64,000 nt of DNA from Sanchytrium tribonematis. Taxonomy: Eukaryota. The stretch spans positions 1 to 64,000 of the forward strand of contig JADGIG010000003.1 in NCBI GenBank assembly GCA_018985235.1, given 5' to 3'. Below the pieces are notes generated by a model. That model did not search any database, had not been told where the DNA came from, and saw nothing but the letters and a program-made list of their open reading frames with translations. This document shows, one piece after another, positions 22,981 through 34,039 of this stretch (the first letter of the stretch is position 1; each line of letters opens with the position of its first letter). A program made the position numbers and the translations under genes.

Positions 22981-24546
22981 ATGAAGCAAGAAACTTCTAA
23001 AACGCTTGTTGTTCGCGACAATTGCTCAAATAGCACAATTTCTGTTGATCTCTCAGTAGACGAAACATTTATTTACACAGATAATCCTAAAAAGGTTGTT
23101 GTGGGAAAGATTTTGCCATTAAATAGTATGGGAGTGGGTGATTTGATGAGACACTTAGACACATCAGCTATCATCAAATCAGATTTTATATTTTTAGACT
23201 CTAATCTTGTTCACGAACTTGACTTCCTCAAACTATATGATATCCATATTGAAAAGAAAAAGACTAAGCCCCAATTGGTGATGACGCTAATTTTAGTACC
23301 TGGAAATCACGGTAAATACATTATTAAAGATGAAGTTGAACTTGTCGGTTTCTATCCAACATCGCACAATATTCCCTTACCTTCTCAAATTCAAAATTTT
23401 ACCATCAAAGCAAATTGCGAGTACGTTATGGGGATGATATGTTCGCCTGATGTACCACTTCTGTTTTCAGAAAATTTTGATTATCAAACAATGGACGATT
23501 TTATCAAAGGAATACTTGAAAGTGAGCTGATAGACAAACAATTTGAAGTTGCTTTTGCTACCGAATTTTGTGTACAACAAGACAGTCTCTTAAAAAGCAA
23601 AGAAATATCGAAACATGCTCGCTTTCAAGAGGCTAAAAGTCTAAGGGAACTTATGTGCTCCAATATACAAAATTCCAGCATCTCAAAATCAGCCAAAATC
23701 AATTGGAATTCTGAAATTATAGATTCTAAAATCGGAGATGGTTGTGAGATCATAGATTCTATATTGCGAAATACTTCAGTGGCGGAGGGCGCAATTATTA
23801 GAAATTCAGTCTTAGTGGATTCTTCTGTATCAAATTTTGTAAGAGTTGAAAACAGTTTAATTGAAAAGTCGACAGTTGAAGCTCCTGTTTCTAATGAAAA
23901 ACTTTCAGGATCAGTGATTAGTGAGTCCATATTAAGTGTTGATAGAGAATTGGACATTTTCAAGTCTGCAAATTTTAAATCACAACAAAACAATGCCACA
24001 TTTAAAAACACTCAGGATGATATTCAAGAAATCAAAGACACTATAAATCGCGTTCTACTTGAAGCTCATTCTTTAGATGTAGTCAAAATCGAGCTCAAAA
24101 CCCTCCGAATGTCATTAAATGCAAGTTTTGAAAAAATGAGAAGTGGTATTATTGGATCTATAAGCCCTAAATGTTTCACAACAACCAAGGAAAACTTAAA
24201 TCTTCTTTGTCTCTTGAAAGATTTCACTCACTCTTTACTTGATGAATTTCATGTTATTTACATTATATTGTCTGAGATGGAAAAAAATGAAATCCCAAGC
24301 AGCTTGTTTAGAGCAATATTAGAATTGATGTGGGAAGAAGACGTTCTCAATAATTCTTTGTTTGAGTGGTTAGAGTTAAAGCCTTCGAAAATTGACGAAT
24401 ACACAAGGAAAGTAATTGACTTGACAGATACAAATGCATATTACAAAGCGGCTTTTAATATACTTAAAGAATGGGAAAAAGAAGAAAGCTCCTCCGACTC
24501 CTCTGACTCTTCAAGTCAATCTTCTTCAGGGTCATCTTCTGAATAA
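22981..24546 (+). CDS. GCD6: eIF2B epsilon subunit (shortened)
   Basis: GDLMR.LD, ICSPDV..LFSENFDYQ, left-handed beta-helix repeats and a W2-like end. Confidence 0.8.
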   Translation: MKQETSKTLVVRDNCSNSTISVDLSVDETFIYTDNPKKVVVGKILPLNSMGVGDLMRHLDTSAIIKSDFIFLDSNLVHELDFLKLYDIHIEKKKTKPQLVMTLILVPGNHGKYIIKDEVELVGFYPTSHNIPLPSQIQNFTIKANCEYVMGMICSPDVPLLFSENFDYQTMDDFIKGILESELIDKQFEVAFATEFCVQQDSLLKSKEISKHARFQEAKSLRELMCSNIQNSSISKSAKINWNSEIIDSKIGDGCEIIDSILRNTSVAEGAIIRNSVLVDSSVSNFVRVENSLIEKSTVEAPVSNEKLSGSVISESILSVDRELDIFKSANFKSQQNNATFKNTQDDIQEIKDTINRVLLEAHSLDVVKIELKTLRMSLNASFEKMRSGIIGSISPKCFTTTKENLNLLCLLKDFTHSLLDEFHVIYIILSEMEKNEIPSSLFRAILELMWEEDVLNNSLFEWLELKPSKIDEYTRKVIDLTDTNAYYKAAFNILKEWEKEESSSDSSDSSSQSSSGSSSE

Positions 24547-24593
24547 AATCATTTTTGAAAATATTGTGCATCTGAAACTTTGAGTCAATACGA

Positions 24594-25665
24594 ATGGATG
24601 CAAATTTTATTAATAAAACTAGAGATTTTATAATGGCCTCAATGTATTCCAGAAGATGGAATCAAGTCAAAGAAATGTTTACACATTATTCCGATGTAAA
24701 TGGCTCGTACTGGATTTTAGGAGTCCATTATGAGAACCAAACTTTTTTGGATGACTTAAGAACAAGGCCATGGTTTACTTACAGGTACGGATTTCCGCCG
24801 GTCTCAGGGTACTCAACCGATTCTGGCTGGGGCTGCATGGTAAGAGTTGGACAATCATTATTGGCGAATGCATGGATAACATTAAAATTGGGCAGGCAAT
24901 GGAGGTTGCAAAATGACCAAGAGTATATAAATATTATGACGCAATTTTTGGATACAGAAGGTCAGCAATTATCGCTTCACAATATAGTAACCACCGGTCA
25001 AAGTATATGTTCTAAGCCAATTGGAGAGTGGTTTGGAACCCACACCATTGCGATGACCATGAAGCATTTGGTGAATGGACTTCCGAAAAAACCATTTTCC
25101 ATCTACGTCGCAACTGATGGCACGATATATGACCACGAGATTAATCAGTTCCCTTTACTTTTATTAATTCCTTTAAGATTGGGTTTACGTGAAATACCCC
25201 CCGAAAATTACGAGCACATTAAAGGTTGCTTAAAATTACCGTGGTGTAATGGTATAGCTGGTGGAAAGCCAAATTCCGCTCTCTTTTTTGTTGGATTTCA
25301 AGACGATAACTTGATATATCTGGACCCACACATTTCTCAAGAAGTTGTTCCAATAGACAATATTAATTTTGATTCATTCAATAGCTATCATGTTGATGTA
25401 AACAGGCCGAGTCATAAAATTCCATTGTCTCATCTTGATCCAAATATTTTGCTCTCATTTACTGTTCACACTAGAGCCGACTATGAAGAACTGTTAAAAG
25501 CATTTTCTGATCTGGTATAATTTTTTAATATAGAAACTTGGATCAATTGGTACAAGACCATCTTCGGTCCCAAGTATCTTTTTTGTTGACAAATCTGGTA
25601 GCCGGATAGAGGATGAGAATATACACTTTGATGACTCAAGTGATATAGAGGATTCCACAATATGA
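24594..25665 (+). CDS. ATG4: Atg4 cysteine protease (peptidase C54), 350 aa; exons 24594-25514 and 25534-25665
   Basis: WFTYR, DSGWGCM.R.GQ, GGKPNSA and YLDPH; splicing adds an acidic C-terminal tail. Confidence 0.93.
25515..25533 (+). other. 19-nt spliceosomal intron GTATAATTTTTTAATATAG
   Basis: Matches the intron consensus, contains the apparent stop, and leads to an in-frame 43-codon acidic last exon. Confidence 0.8.
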
Positions 25666-25863
25666 AAGCAGTAAATTGCTTACTGTCCGCAATAAATGAT
25701 AGCATAGATTTTTTCTTCTTAACAAATGTTTAGATTTAATAAATTTAACTATAATAAGTATTATCACTGGGTCTGATTACCGGCAGTCAACAATCAGGAA
25801 GTTTTTGCAATCTTTTTCAATGTATACGAATATATACACGCAGCATCCCCCTAAAACTCTTTG

Positions 25864-26109
25864 ATGAATAGCAATGCAGCCTTGGAACGATTTCTTTCCA
25901 GTCGTAGGGAGCAACTCATTCAACAAACCAAATTAAAATTGACAGAAAAGAATTTTTGTCAAAATGCAAAAACTCTAATTAGGTCCAAGATTGATGAGAA
26001 TCCAAAAGCATCAGTTCAACAAATTATCGATGCGTGCTTGCCATTACTGGTGGAAAAGGTTCCGAAAGACATTAAAAGCTTTATATTGACTGAAATAAAA
26101 AAAATGTAA
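25864..26109 (+). CDS. SUS1: Sus1/ENY2 (SAGA/TREX-2 subunit)
   Basis: Small helical protein with ...P....VP.DIK..IL.EIK pattern. Confidence 0.7.
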   Translation: MNSNAALERFLSSRREQLIQQTKLKLTEKNFCQNAKTLIRSKIDENPKASVQQIIDACLPLLVEKVPKDIKSFILTEIKKM

Positions 26110-26138
26110 TATTTAATTATTTCTGACGGATAAAACAA

Positions 26139-26897
26139 ATGCAAGTACCACTAAAGCAAAATGAAATTCTCAAAGGCCGTATTCAATACCAGGAGTCTTT
26201 GACACCTGTAACCGCACAAGCAGCAGGATCTATTCTAGTTACAGCCGCACAAACAATGCAAGCTATTTCATTTGAACCTTTTTGTCTAAATCAACCAGCA
26301 TTAGGATCTGTGATTCTTACAATTGTTCAGCAACCAGGATTTGTGGAAGATGGCTATGACTGGAAAGAAAGTGAAAAATCTGAGCGTGTCAGTCTTGACA
26401 GCATGAGGGCGGTCGAGGTAATCGAGAATGTGAGTGGTCGCATTCCGGGTGAGTCCTTAGCTACAATTGGCAGAAGGCGCTTTAAATACCATATGAATAA
26501 TCAGAGTTCTTATCTGCAATTGCTGCAGTACTTTCCAATTGGTGATAATGTTCAAAAAGCAATGATACCAGCTTACAAAAAACCCGAGCCCAAAAGAATT
26601 CACCGCATTCCATATGAAGCATCTCATACCAAATATTCAAGAGTGCCCAAGTCCTACATGGTCAAGAATAAACTTCCAGAAAGAAAAGCTTTGCGTGAAA
26701 TTGCTCTCGAAAGATACAATGAAAATTACAAATTGATGCATAATGTATTTTATCCACAGCATTCAAGCGGAGACGTGGTGGATTTTGAAGGAATTTTTAC
26801 TAAAATGTTAAAAGGTGACGAGACTGAAGACGACGTTGCAACAATTTTGCAACAAAGAATTGAAAATCTACAGCAGCAGCTCAATAAAGTGAATTAA
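26139..26897 (+). CDS. Ssr4-like SWI/SNF-RSC subunit (fungal DUF1750-like)
   Basis: DGYDW..SE and RRRF...LQLLQY pattern. Confidence 0.5.
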   Translation: MQVPLKQNEILKGRIQYQESLTPVTAQAAGSILVTAAQTMQAISFEPFCLNQPALGSVILTIVQQPGFVEDGYDWKESEKSERVSLDSMRAVEVIENVSGRIPGESLATIGRRRFKYHMNNQSSYLQLLQYFPIGDNVQKAMIPAYKKPEPKRIHRIPYEASHTKYSRVPKSYMVKNKLPERKALREIALERYNENYKLMHNVFYPQHSSGDVVDFEGIFTKMLKGDETEDDVATILQQRIENLQQQLNKVN

Positions 26898-26986
26898 ATC
26901 AAGAGTCAATTTGGCATTTAAACTTATTATATTAATTGCCTGTAAATCTATGTCACTTCACTCATGAAAATCAAACTGACCATGTG

Positions 26987-27061
26987 ATTTGATATCATCG
27001 ATCGTGATATCAAATTTGCACCATCAAAAGTCTACCAAATTAGACAGATAATTGAGATAAG
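26987..27061. promoter_or_regulatory. GATA-site cluster and 11-bp inverted repeat upstream of the ammonium transporter
   Basis: ATTTGATATCA-tcgatcg-TGATATCAAAT at 26987-27015; GATAAT at 27047; GATAAG at 27056. Confidence 0.55.
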
Positions 27062-27114
27062 GATCATGTGAGATTGATTTAGTACATAAAAGAATTCCTG
27101 CGAATGCCCTATTA

Positions 27115-28440
27115 ATGTCTTCTACAGACCAGCAAATATCTGATTTAAAAACGGCAAATAATACTAGCTTTTTGCTCATATCTGCAGCACTTGTATTTCT
27201 TATGATACCAGCTCTAGGTTTTTTCTACTCAGGATTATCACGTGAGAAATCAGGTCTTTCTTTTTTGCTACTATGCTTTCTGTCAGTAGGTGTTGTATTC
27301 GTGGAATGGTATATTTGGGGATATTCTTTGGTTTTTGGCTCGAATTCGGGTCCGTTTATAGGAAATTTAAATAATGCTTTTCTGATGGATGTTGGAGAAG
27401 GAGTTACAGGTGGTGTATACGATCTTGCATACGTTTTATTTCAAGGAATGTTTGCCGCAATTACACCTGCGCTTATGTTGGGGGCAGCTGCAGAACGTTG
27501 TAGAATTCTCCCAAAGATAGTATTTGTTTTCATTTGGAGCACTTTAGTTTACAATCCAATCGCCCACTGGGTTTGGAGCACTGAGGGTTGGTTATTTAAA
27601 CTAAGATGTTTGGATTTTGCTGGAGGACTAGTAGTTCATATTGCATCTGGTATATCTGGGTTATCTTGCAGTATATTTATTGGCAGGAGGAAAGACATGC
27701 TAGATAGGCCACATTCAGTCAGTTCCGTTGTTTTAGGCACAGCATTGCTGTGGTTTGGTTGGTGTGGTTTCAATGGTGGAAGTGCTCTTGCTCCAAACGG
27801 TGTCGCTGCTTTGGCTTTTTTTAACACAAATTTGGCTGCTTGTTCTGGTGCACTTGCCTTCATGCTTTTAGATTATATTAAGCATAAGAAATGGTCAGCT
27901 ATCGCTTTTTGTAGTGGAGCCGTTGCTGGTCTCGTTGGCATCACCCCTGCTGCAGGATTAGTATCTCCATCAGCTGGACTTCTAATTGGAGCTGTTAGCG
28001 GCTTAGGCACTAATATAGGGGTTGGATTAAAACATAAACTCAGATATGATGACACTCTTGATGTTTTTGGCATTCATGCGATTGGTGGTATAATCGGCTC
28101 TTTATTTACAGGAATTTTTGCACAGGGCTATTACATGACCTTGGGAGCTCCTGATCCAAGCATCGTAGGTGGAGTTATTGATGGAAATGGTATACAATTT
28201 GCATACCAATTAGCTGCAACAGTTACAGTTATCGGATACTGCTTTATTGTGACATATGCTATTCTGTTTGTGATGGACAAGATTCCTAGAATGAGCTTAA
28301 GGATGACAGAGGAAAATGAAGAAGATGGCATTGACAAGTGCGAGATTGGAGAATACACCTACGAGTACATCGGGGATCGCATCAATTTACAGAAGAGAAA
28401 ATTAAACCACGTTGATTCCTATCATATGTCGGAAGAATAA
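27115..28440 (+). CDS. Ammonium transporter (Amt/Mep)
   Basis: FQGMFAAIT, DFAGG.VVH, LWFGW.GFNGGS and DD.LDVFGIH motifs. Confidence 0.97.
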   Translation: MSSTDQQISDLKTANNTSFLLISAALVFLMIPALGFFYSGLSREKSGLSFLLLCFLSVGVVFVEWYIWGYSLVFGSNSGPFIGNLNNAFLMDVGEGVTGGVYDLAYVLFQGMFAAITPALMLGAAAERCRILPKIVFVFIWSTLVYNPIAHWVWSTEGWLFKLRCLDFAGGLVVHIASGISGLSCSIFIGRRKDMLDRPHSVSSVVLGTALLWFGWCGFNGGSALAPNGVAALAFFNTNLAACSGALAFMLLDYIKHKKWSAIAFCSGAVAGLVGITPAAGLVSPSAGLLIGAVSGLGTNIGVGLKHKLRYDDTLDVFGIHAIGGIIGSLFTGIFAQGYYMTLGAPDPSIVGGVIDGNGIQFAYQLAATVTVIGYCFIVTYAILFVMDKIPRMSLRMTEENEEDGIDKCEIGEYTYEYIGDRINLQKRKLNHVDSYHMSEE

Positions 28441-28463
28441 ATGATTTTATTATGTTGAAATGA

Positions 28464-29759
28464 CTAGTCACTCCATTCTTCCTCTTCTTGAGCATCCTCA
28501 TCACTAGTTTCCGCAGCCAAAACTTTGTTTCTGTCCATCAATGCAGCAGCAAGAGAAGATGCAAGATCGCCTCCGCCAGCCATGGAAGACTGTACTTTTT
28601 TAGGAGTTTCATCAACTTCCACCTTTTTCAAAGCTTTTGGACCTGCCTTTCTAATTTCAGAAAGCAAGTCTCCTCTATCTAGTGGAACGATCTGTTTTGG
28701 CTTAGGTGAACTAGTTTTAATCTCATTAGAAGTAGCCAATGGAGGTGGGGAGAATGGAGGTGGGGGTGGGGGACCACCAGAAGGCGGAAGTGGGACTCCA
28801 TTGTTGTTTTTGATAAACGTATTTTCTACATTGACATCAGGTGAAATTTGAGCTGGAACTTGAGAAGTAATTGGGCTTCTCTCAGATTTTGGAATTGGTG
28901 GTGGAATAACCTCAGGTGGGCTGTTTAGGACCGATTTTTCGTTTTTGGGGACAGGTGGTGGAGATGAGGGTGCTTTTTTCTGTTCCAAATTCCGCTTTTT
29001 AGGAGGATCCGGTTTTTTTATTATAGGTTGAGTTTCTTTTTGAGTTTCGATTGCAGATTCTTTGCTAGATCTTCGAGGCAAGTCTGGACCTGGATTTGCT
29101 ATAACAGATGGCTGTGAAATTTGCTCCTCAACAAACGACTTTCTCTGGGGCAACTGGGGAGGAGAAGGTTTATTTTCTTCCGACGGCACCTGAGGTGGCT
29201 TCCTCCGACTCGGAGGCGGAGGCGGAGGTCTTTTTTTAGGGGTAGTAGAGGTTGAAGTGTCATTTGTGTGCTCCTGCATAAATTTCATAACAAATTTGGC
29301 AGTTTTAGGGTCTTGCAACTGTTCTGTAGTAAGCCCTGCCTTCTTGAATGTCTCTAGCCACTCGGGTGGCACGTTATTGACATCGAGGCCTTTTCCTTTC
29401 GCATATCCAACATGGCTCACATGCTGAAATCCAGATGGGCCAGAAATCATGGACTTATCTATCCCTTTTTTTGCCTTCGGTTTCTTTTTCTGTTTAGTCA
29501 AAGTACTCAATGTATCTTTAAACAAATCGTCTGGGTTTTCTGTCACTTCAAAAGAAATTCCTACCAAAAATTCCATTGTTGCAAAAGCATAGAATTGCTT
29601 GGCCAATTGGCTACATTTAATAATCTCATGTTCAAAAACTAATTCCCCGCTCATATCTCTAACCTGAAGAGTGGAACCGTATGATATTCTTCCATATATT
29701 CCTGTGTATTTCCAATTAGGTGAAGGAGTCAGAGGACTAACATAGAGTTTACAAATCAT
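28464..29759 (-). CDS. WASP-family actin nucleation-promoting factor (WH1-basic-CRIB-polyPro-WH2-acidic)
   Basis: ISGPSGFQHVSHVG CRIB motif, polyproline runs, RGDLLSEIR..LKKV WH2 and terminal EEEEWSD. Confidence 0.93.
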   Translation of the reverse strand: MICKLYVSPLTPSPNWKYTGIYGRISYGSTLQVRDMSGELVFEHEIIKCSQLAKQFYAFATMEFLVGISFEVTENPDDLFKDTLSTLTKQKKKPKAKKGIDKSMISGPSGFQHVSHVGYAKGKGLDVNNVPPEWLETFKKAGLTTEQLQDPKTAKFVMKFMQEHTNDTSTSTTPKKRPPPPPPSRRKPPQVPSEENKPSPPQLPQRKSFVEEQISQPSVIANPGPDLPRRSSKESAIETQKETQPIIKKPDPPKKRNLEQKKAPSSPPPVPKNEKSVLNSPPEVIPPPIPKSERSPITSQVPAQISPDVNVENTFIKNNNGVPLPPSGGPPPPPPFSPPPLATSNEIKTSSPKPKQIVPLDRGDLLSEIRKAGPKALKKVEVDETPKKVQSSMAGGGDLASSLAAALMDRNKVLAAETSDEDAQEEEEWSD

Positions 29760-29912
29760 TGCAAACTTAAAACAAAGGGTTTACAATCATTTGAATTTAA
29801 ATGCTAAGCCCAATTATAATATCATAAATTCAGATATCCCGAGTATACAGAGTTTGGCGTTTGAACTATTTTAAGAAAATTTTAATCGCGCTTCCTCATA
29901 CTCGGAGACATA

Positions 29913-31948
29913 ATGGGTTTGCTTTCTACAGGTACACCGTTAGAGTGGGATCAGGCAGCTAAATACGCTGATTTTATTAGGAGAAACGGTATTGAACAAC
30001 TTATTAATAATTACCATCATCAAAAAGGAAAGACCAATGACTCTTTGAAGTGGGGTGACGAAATTGAAAGTATCTTGGTCCGTTGGGTAGAAATTGATGG
30101 GAAACAGACAGCTCTGTTAAGCATGAGAGGATATGAATGTTATGAGGCATTATTGGAGAAGGAATTGGTGTCTATCAAAAATGGTGAAGAAATTCCAGTC
30201 TTGTGGAGGCCCGAATACGGCAAGCATATGATGGAATCCCTGCCTGGTAAACCCTATGGAAGTACAATCAAAGACTTGCTTTTTGTTGAAGAAAACATGT
30301 GCAAACGCAGAGCTGTGTTACAAAGCGTATTGCGCCCTAATGAATATCTGTTGAATGTCACGAATTTTCCATTGATGGGCTCATTGACCCATAAGTGGCT
30401 TGATGCAGACATCGATATGAATGCAAACGACTTGGTAGGTCACGGTGGTGAACATGTTCAATTTTCAAGAAGTCTGTTTATACCAGACGAGTTAATTAAC
30501 CCTCACCCGAGATTTCGAACACTAACTGCAAATATACGTAATAGGAGAGGCCATAAAGTTGGTATCAATCTTCCTATTTTTAAGGACAAAAACACTTCTT
30601 CGCCATTTTTAGAGAATTTGCCAAGGCCACAGGGTTATCAACATCCTTATGACACCAACGAAGCATTACCAGATCATGTCTATCTTGACTGCATGTGTTT
30701 TGGGATGGGTTGTTGTTGCCTACAATTAACATTTCAATGTTCAAATATAGATGAAGGGAGACGATTATTTGATCAGCTCGCACCCCTGGCCCCACTAGTC
30801 ATGGCTCTATCTGCTGCTTCTCCAATATTCAAAGGCTACCTAACTGACCGAGATTGTAGATGGGAAGTGATTTCTGCAAGTGTGGATGATCGAAATCCAT
30901 TTGAAAGAGGAAACCTAAATTCGAAAGATTCGATTCACATTCCTAAATCGAGGTATGGTCCTATTAGTACTTATATATCAAATTATCACGACTTTGACGA
31001 TAGATACAATGATACGGAGCTCGTTGTTGATGCCGATGTGTTTAAGAGACTAATGGAAAGTGGAATGGATTACAGGTTAAGCAGGCATTTTGCACATTTG
31101 TTTACTAGAGATCCACTTGTAATTTACAAAGAATTGTTAAAGCAAGACAATACAAAAGTGACTGATCACTTCGAAAATATAAATAGCACAAATTGGCAAA
31201 CTATGAGATTCAAGCCTCCTCCTGATTTTACTTCTGACATTGGCTGGAGAGTTGAATTTCGATCAATGGAAGTTCAACCTAGTGACTTTGGAAACGCCGC
31301 ATTCTCAATTTTCATAATTTTATTAACGCGTGCTATTATTAGCTTTAATCTAAATTTTTACATACCTATTAGTAAAAATGACGAAAATTTAGAGCGAGCT
31401 CATATCCGAGATGCTGTGAATCTTCAGAAATTTTGGTTCAGGAATCAGGTGCAAAATTACAATGACACACATGAAGAAAATGATTCTAATATTTGCATGG
31501 ACATGAATGATTGCTGTACTATTGAGTATAAAAAGAAAGGTTTTGGCAGATTTGGTAAATTAAAATGTACAAGTGAATTTGAAGAAGAATTGTGGTCAGA
31601 AATGACTCTGGATGAGATTTTTAACGGCAAAGTATATTTTTATTAATACAGAAAGGTGGATTTAAAGGTTTAATTGCAGTGGTCGAAAGTTATCTCAATT
31701 TTCAAAAGATTGGAGTAACAGAAAGGTGCCAGCTTCAAACATATATCAGCCACATACGTGATATTGCCAGTGGTAAAACACCAACTGTTGCAAGTAGTAT
31801 TCGTGAATTTGTACAATCTCATAAAAGTTACAAAGGTGATTCAATCATCAATGAAGAGATTACTAGTGACCTTTTAAAGATGTATAACAAATCTCTGGAT
31901 AGCAACAGTCCATTTTTTGACACTTTGAAAGATTGTGGGTGCATTTAA
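29913..31948 (+). CDS. GSH1: Glutamate-cysteine ligase catalytic subunit, 671 aa; exons 29913-31631 and 31652-31948
   Basis: MGLLS.GTPL, WGDE.E, FGMGCCCLQ, PKSRY and GWRVEFRSME; spliced join reads NGK|KGGFKGLI. Confidence 0.96.
31632..31651 (+). other. 20-nt spliceosomal intron GTATATTTTTATTAATACAG
   Basis: Phase 0; the only 20-nt intron and the only CAG acceptor; removal restores NGK..F.GLI. Confidence 0.9.
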
Positions 31949-31975
31949 TAAACAAGCAATACTCCAAGGTTTCAC

Positions 31976-33026
31976 ATGTTTCTCTGTCAGTTGACCAAAG
32001 AAAACACAATATCACCAGTTTGTACCAAATACGGTACCATATATGACTACCATTCCATTATGCAATATATCCAACAACATCACAAGGATCCTCAAACACA
32101 AAAAGAATTGAACGAATCAGATTTGACAAAGATAGATATTTCGTATCTAACATCTACTTATACAAATGATTTTAGTGATGATAAAGAAAAACTACTTTCG
32201 AGGTTGCTATACGAAAGAGATGCTATGATTCGATTAGTCGCTAAAGTTATGCAAGATTATCAAACTGAGGAACAGCCGCTTAAGCGAAAAAAAATAGAAC
32301 CAACTTATTCCTTTCATGACTTCAAAGAAGAGATAGAAAAATCTAATGTTATGAAGTATAGAAAACAAAAAAATAAGCAGCTTTCTGACTTTGTGGTGAA
32401 TTTTGCGCAGACTGACGTTTCTGAATTTCCTGATTTAGCTCAACATCCCTTAAAAAAAGTTACTCTTGCTGTAAAGAACAAGATATACTTAATGCATAAT
32501 GACAAAGCAATCCACGAATATATTGCGCATACCAAAAAAGAGCCCAAATTTGTGTTTTGGCATTGCGATCTGAAAATATTTTTTGTTGTATATTCCACAT
32601 TTCTAGACCTTTATAGCTGGGAGTCAGGCTATGTTAATACCTGGCATATAAAACATGAAATTATAGATGCAAAATGTTGTGCCAATGGATACTTGGTCGG
32701 AATACAAAACTCAAATTCTCAAATAGATATTTTTGATCTGCGAAAAATTAATGAAGACAGCAGGGGATTTGTTAAAAGTATTGATGTTGAGAACAACTCA
32801 TCATTTGGTTTCGCAAAAAATCACAATTTATTTGTTTTTGGGCAGGAAACAAGGTAATTTTATCTTACATAGTTGCTTTCAATATAAAACTTGGAATAAA
32901 CTTGAAAATGATATTGAAATTAAAGGCATCTCAAAGGTGGTACATAGCTGGATATCAGAGGGTGACTGGTTTGGATTTTACGACATGATTGTACAATTAA
33001 ATGATAAAATAATAAAATTGTCTTAA
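31976..33026 (+). CDS. PRP19: Divergent, shortened Prp19-like splicing factor (U-box + degenerate WD40), 343 aa; exons 31976-32853 and 32873-33026
   Basis: U-box C.LT...PV....G.IY...I..YI.....DP.T...L...DL; LS.LLYERDA..RLVA coiled coil; IFDLRK; YKTW. Confidence 0.8.
32854..32872 (+). other. 19-nt spliceosomal intron GTAATTTTATCTTACATAG
   Basis: Joins ORFs 31976..32857 and 32733..33026 in frame (ETS|CFQYKTW). Confidence 0.87.
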
Positions 33027-33049
33027 ATTTTTAAAACAAGTTTATCAAT

Positions 33050-34039
33050 ATGCCAACTGCATCTGAAAATTCCTTCTTGGCCAAATTACAGCAACCGGCC
33101 GTGGAAGAAGTACAGAATAGTGTATCATATTCATTTGAAGATAAGATTACGGCCTTGAGATCAACTGTAAAAGAAGCCAAATTGCAATTGCGATCTGTTC
33201 AAGGACATTTGAATGCTTTAGAGGATGCATCAAAGCAACTTAAAGATAAATATTTGGATCACCAGCACTCCTACATAGAACTTAATAACATTTTAAATTG
33301 GTTTGACATTCTTGATGAGTTGATTATTATGTTGAGAAGTGGCACTCCATTACTTCAGCTTGTCAACCATAGTTTTGACCACATGTTTAAAGAGGTAGAT
33401 CAATGCAACATCTATCTGCATAATCATCCGGATTACAAATTATCAGCGGAATATTCGCAAACAACTCGAACAATAATTACTAAAGCACTTACTTTGTACT
33501 CAATGACGTTTGGAGAATACCTACAAACAATCGTCAAGGACGTTAAAAGTATTCCAACTGCACAATCAAATTTCGAAAACCATTTGGAAAGCCTCTGTTT
33601 CTATACCAAACCATTTCATGACAAATTGGAGGACGTGGAATTTAGGCAGATCTTTGAGGATGCGATTGATATATTTCTAGAACATAGAAATGCGTCTTTA
33701 CGTCCGTTATTTGTAAATTTGACGTTGGATAAAATCTCACAGCTAAATTGTGTCAGCGACTATTCTCGAACTATAAAATCGTTTTTAGTTCAAGAAACAA
33801 ATCTTTTTGTCAACATATTTGGCTCAAATTTTATATCATATAGCCAGCTTTACACAAACCTAATTCAAATATCAACAAAACACATACTTGAATATATTGC
33901 AGAAAGCGATGATGGTGCTTTGCTTGAAATAAGACTATTGCTTAACAGCGAGCTTATTGCAAGCGATTTAGATTCCAAAGCAAAACTTATTTTATTGGAG
34001 GGATTCTCGGACCTGAGCAATTTTTTAAATAAAAATTAA
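33050..34039 (+). CDS. COG3/Sec34-like protein (N-terminal domain only)
   Basis: LNWFDILD..., F..MF.EVDQC..YL.NHPDYK...Y......TKAL pattern. Confidence 0.68.
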   Translation: MPTASENSFLAKLQQPAVEEVQNSVSYSFEDKITALRSTVKEAKLQLRSVQGHLNALEDASKQLKDKYLDHQHSYIELNNILNWFDILDELIIMLRSGTPLLQLVNHSFDHMFKEVDQCNIYLHNHPDYKLSAEYSQTTRTIITKALTLYSMTFGEYLQTIVKDVKSIPTAQSNFENHLESLCFYTKPFHDKLEDVEFRQIFEDAIDIFLEHRNASLRPLFVNLTLDKISQLNCVSDYSRTIKSFLVQETNLFVNIFGSNFISYSQLYTNLIQISTKHILEYIAESDDGALLEIRLLLNSELIASDLDSKAKLILLEGFSDLSNFLNKN

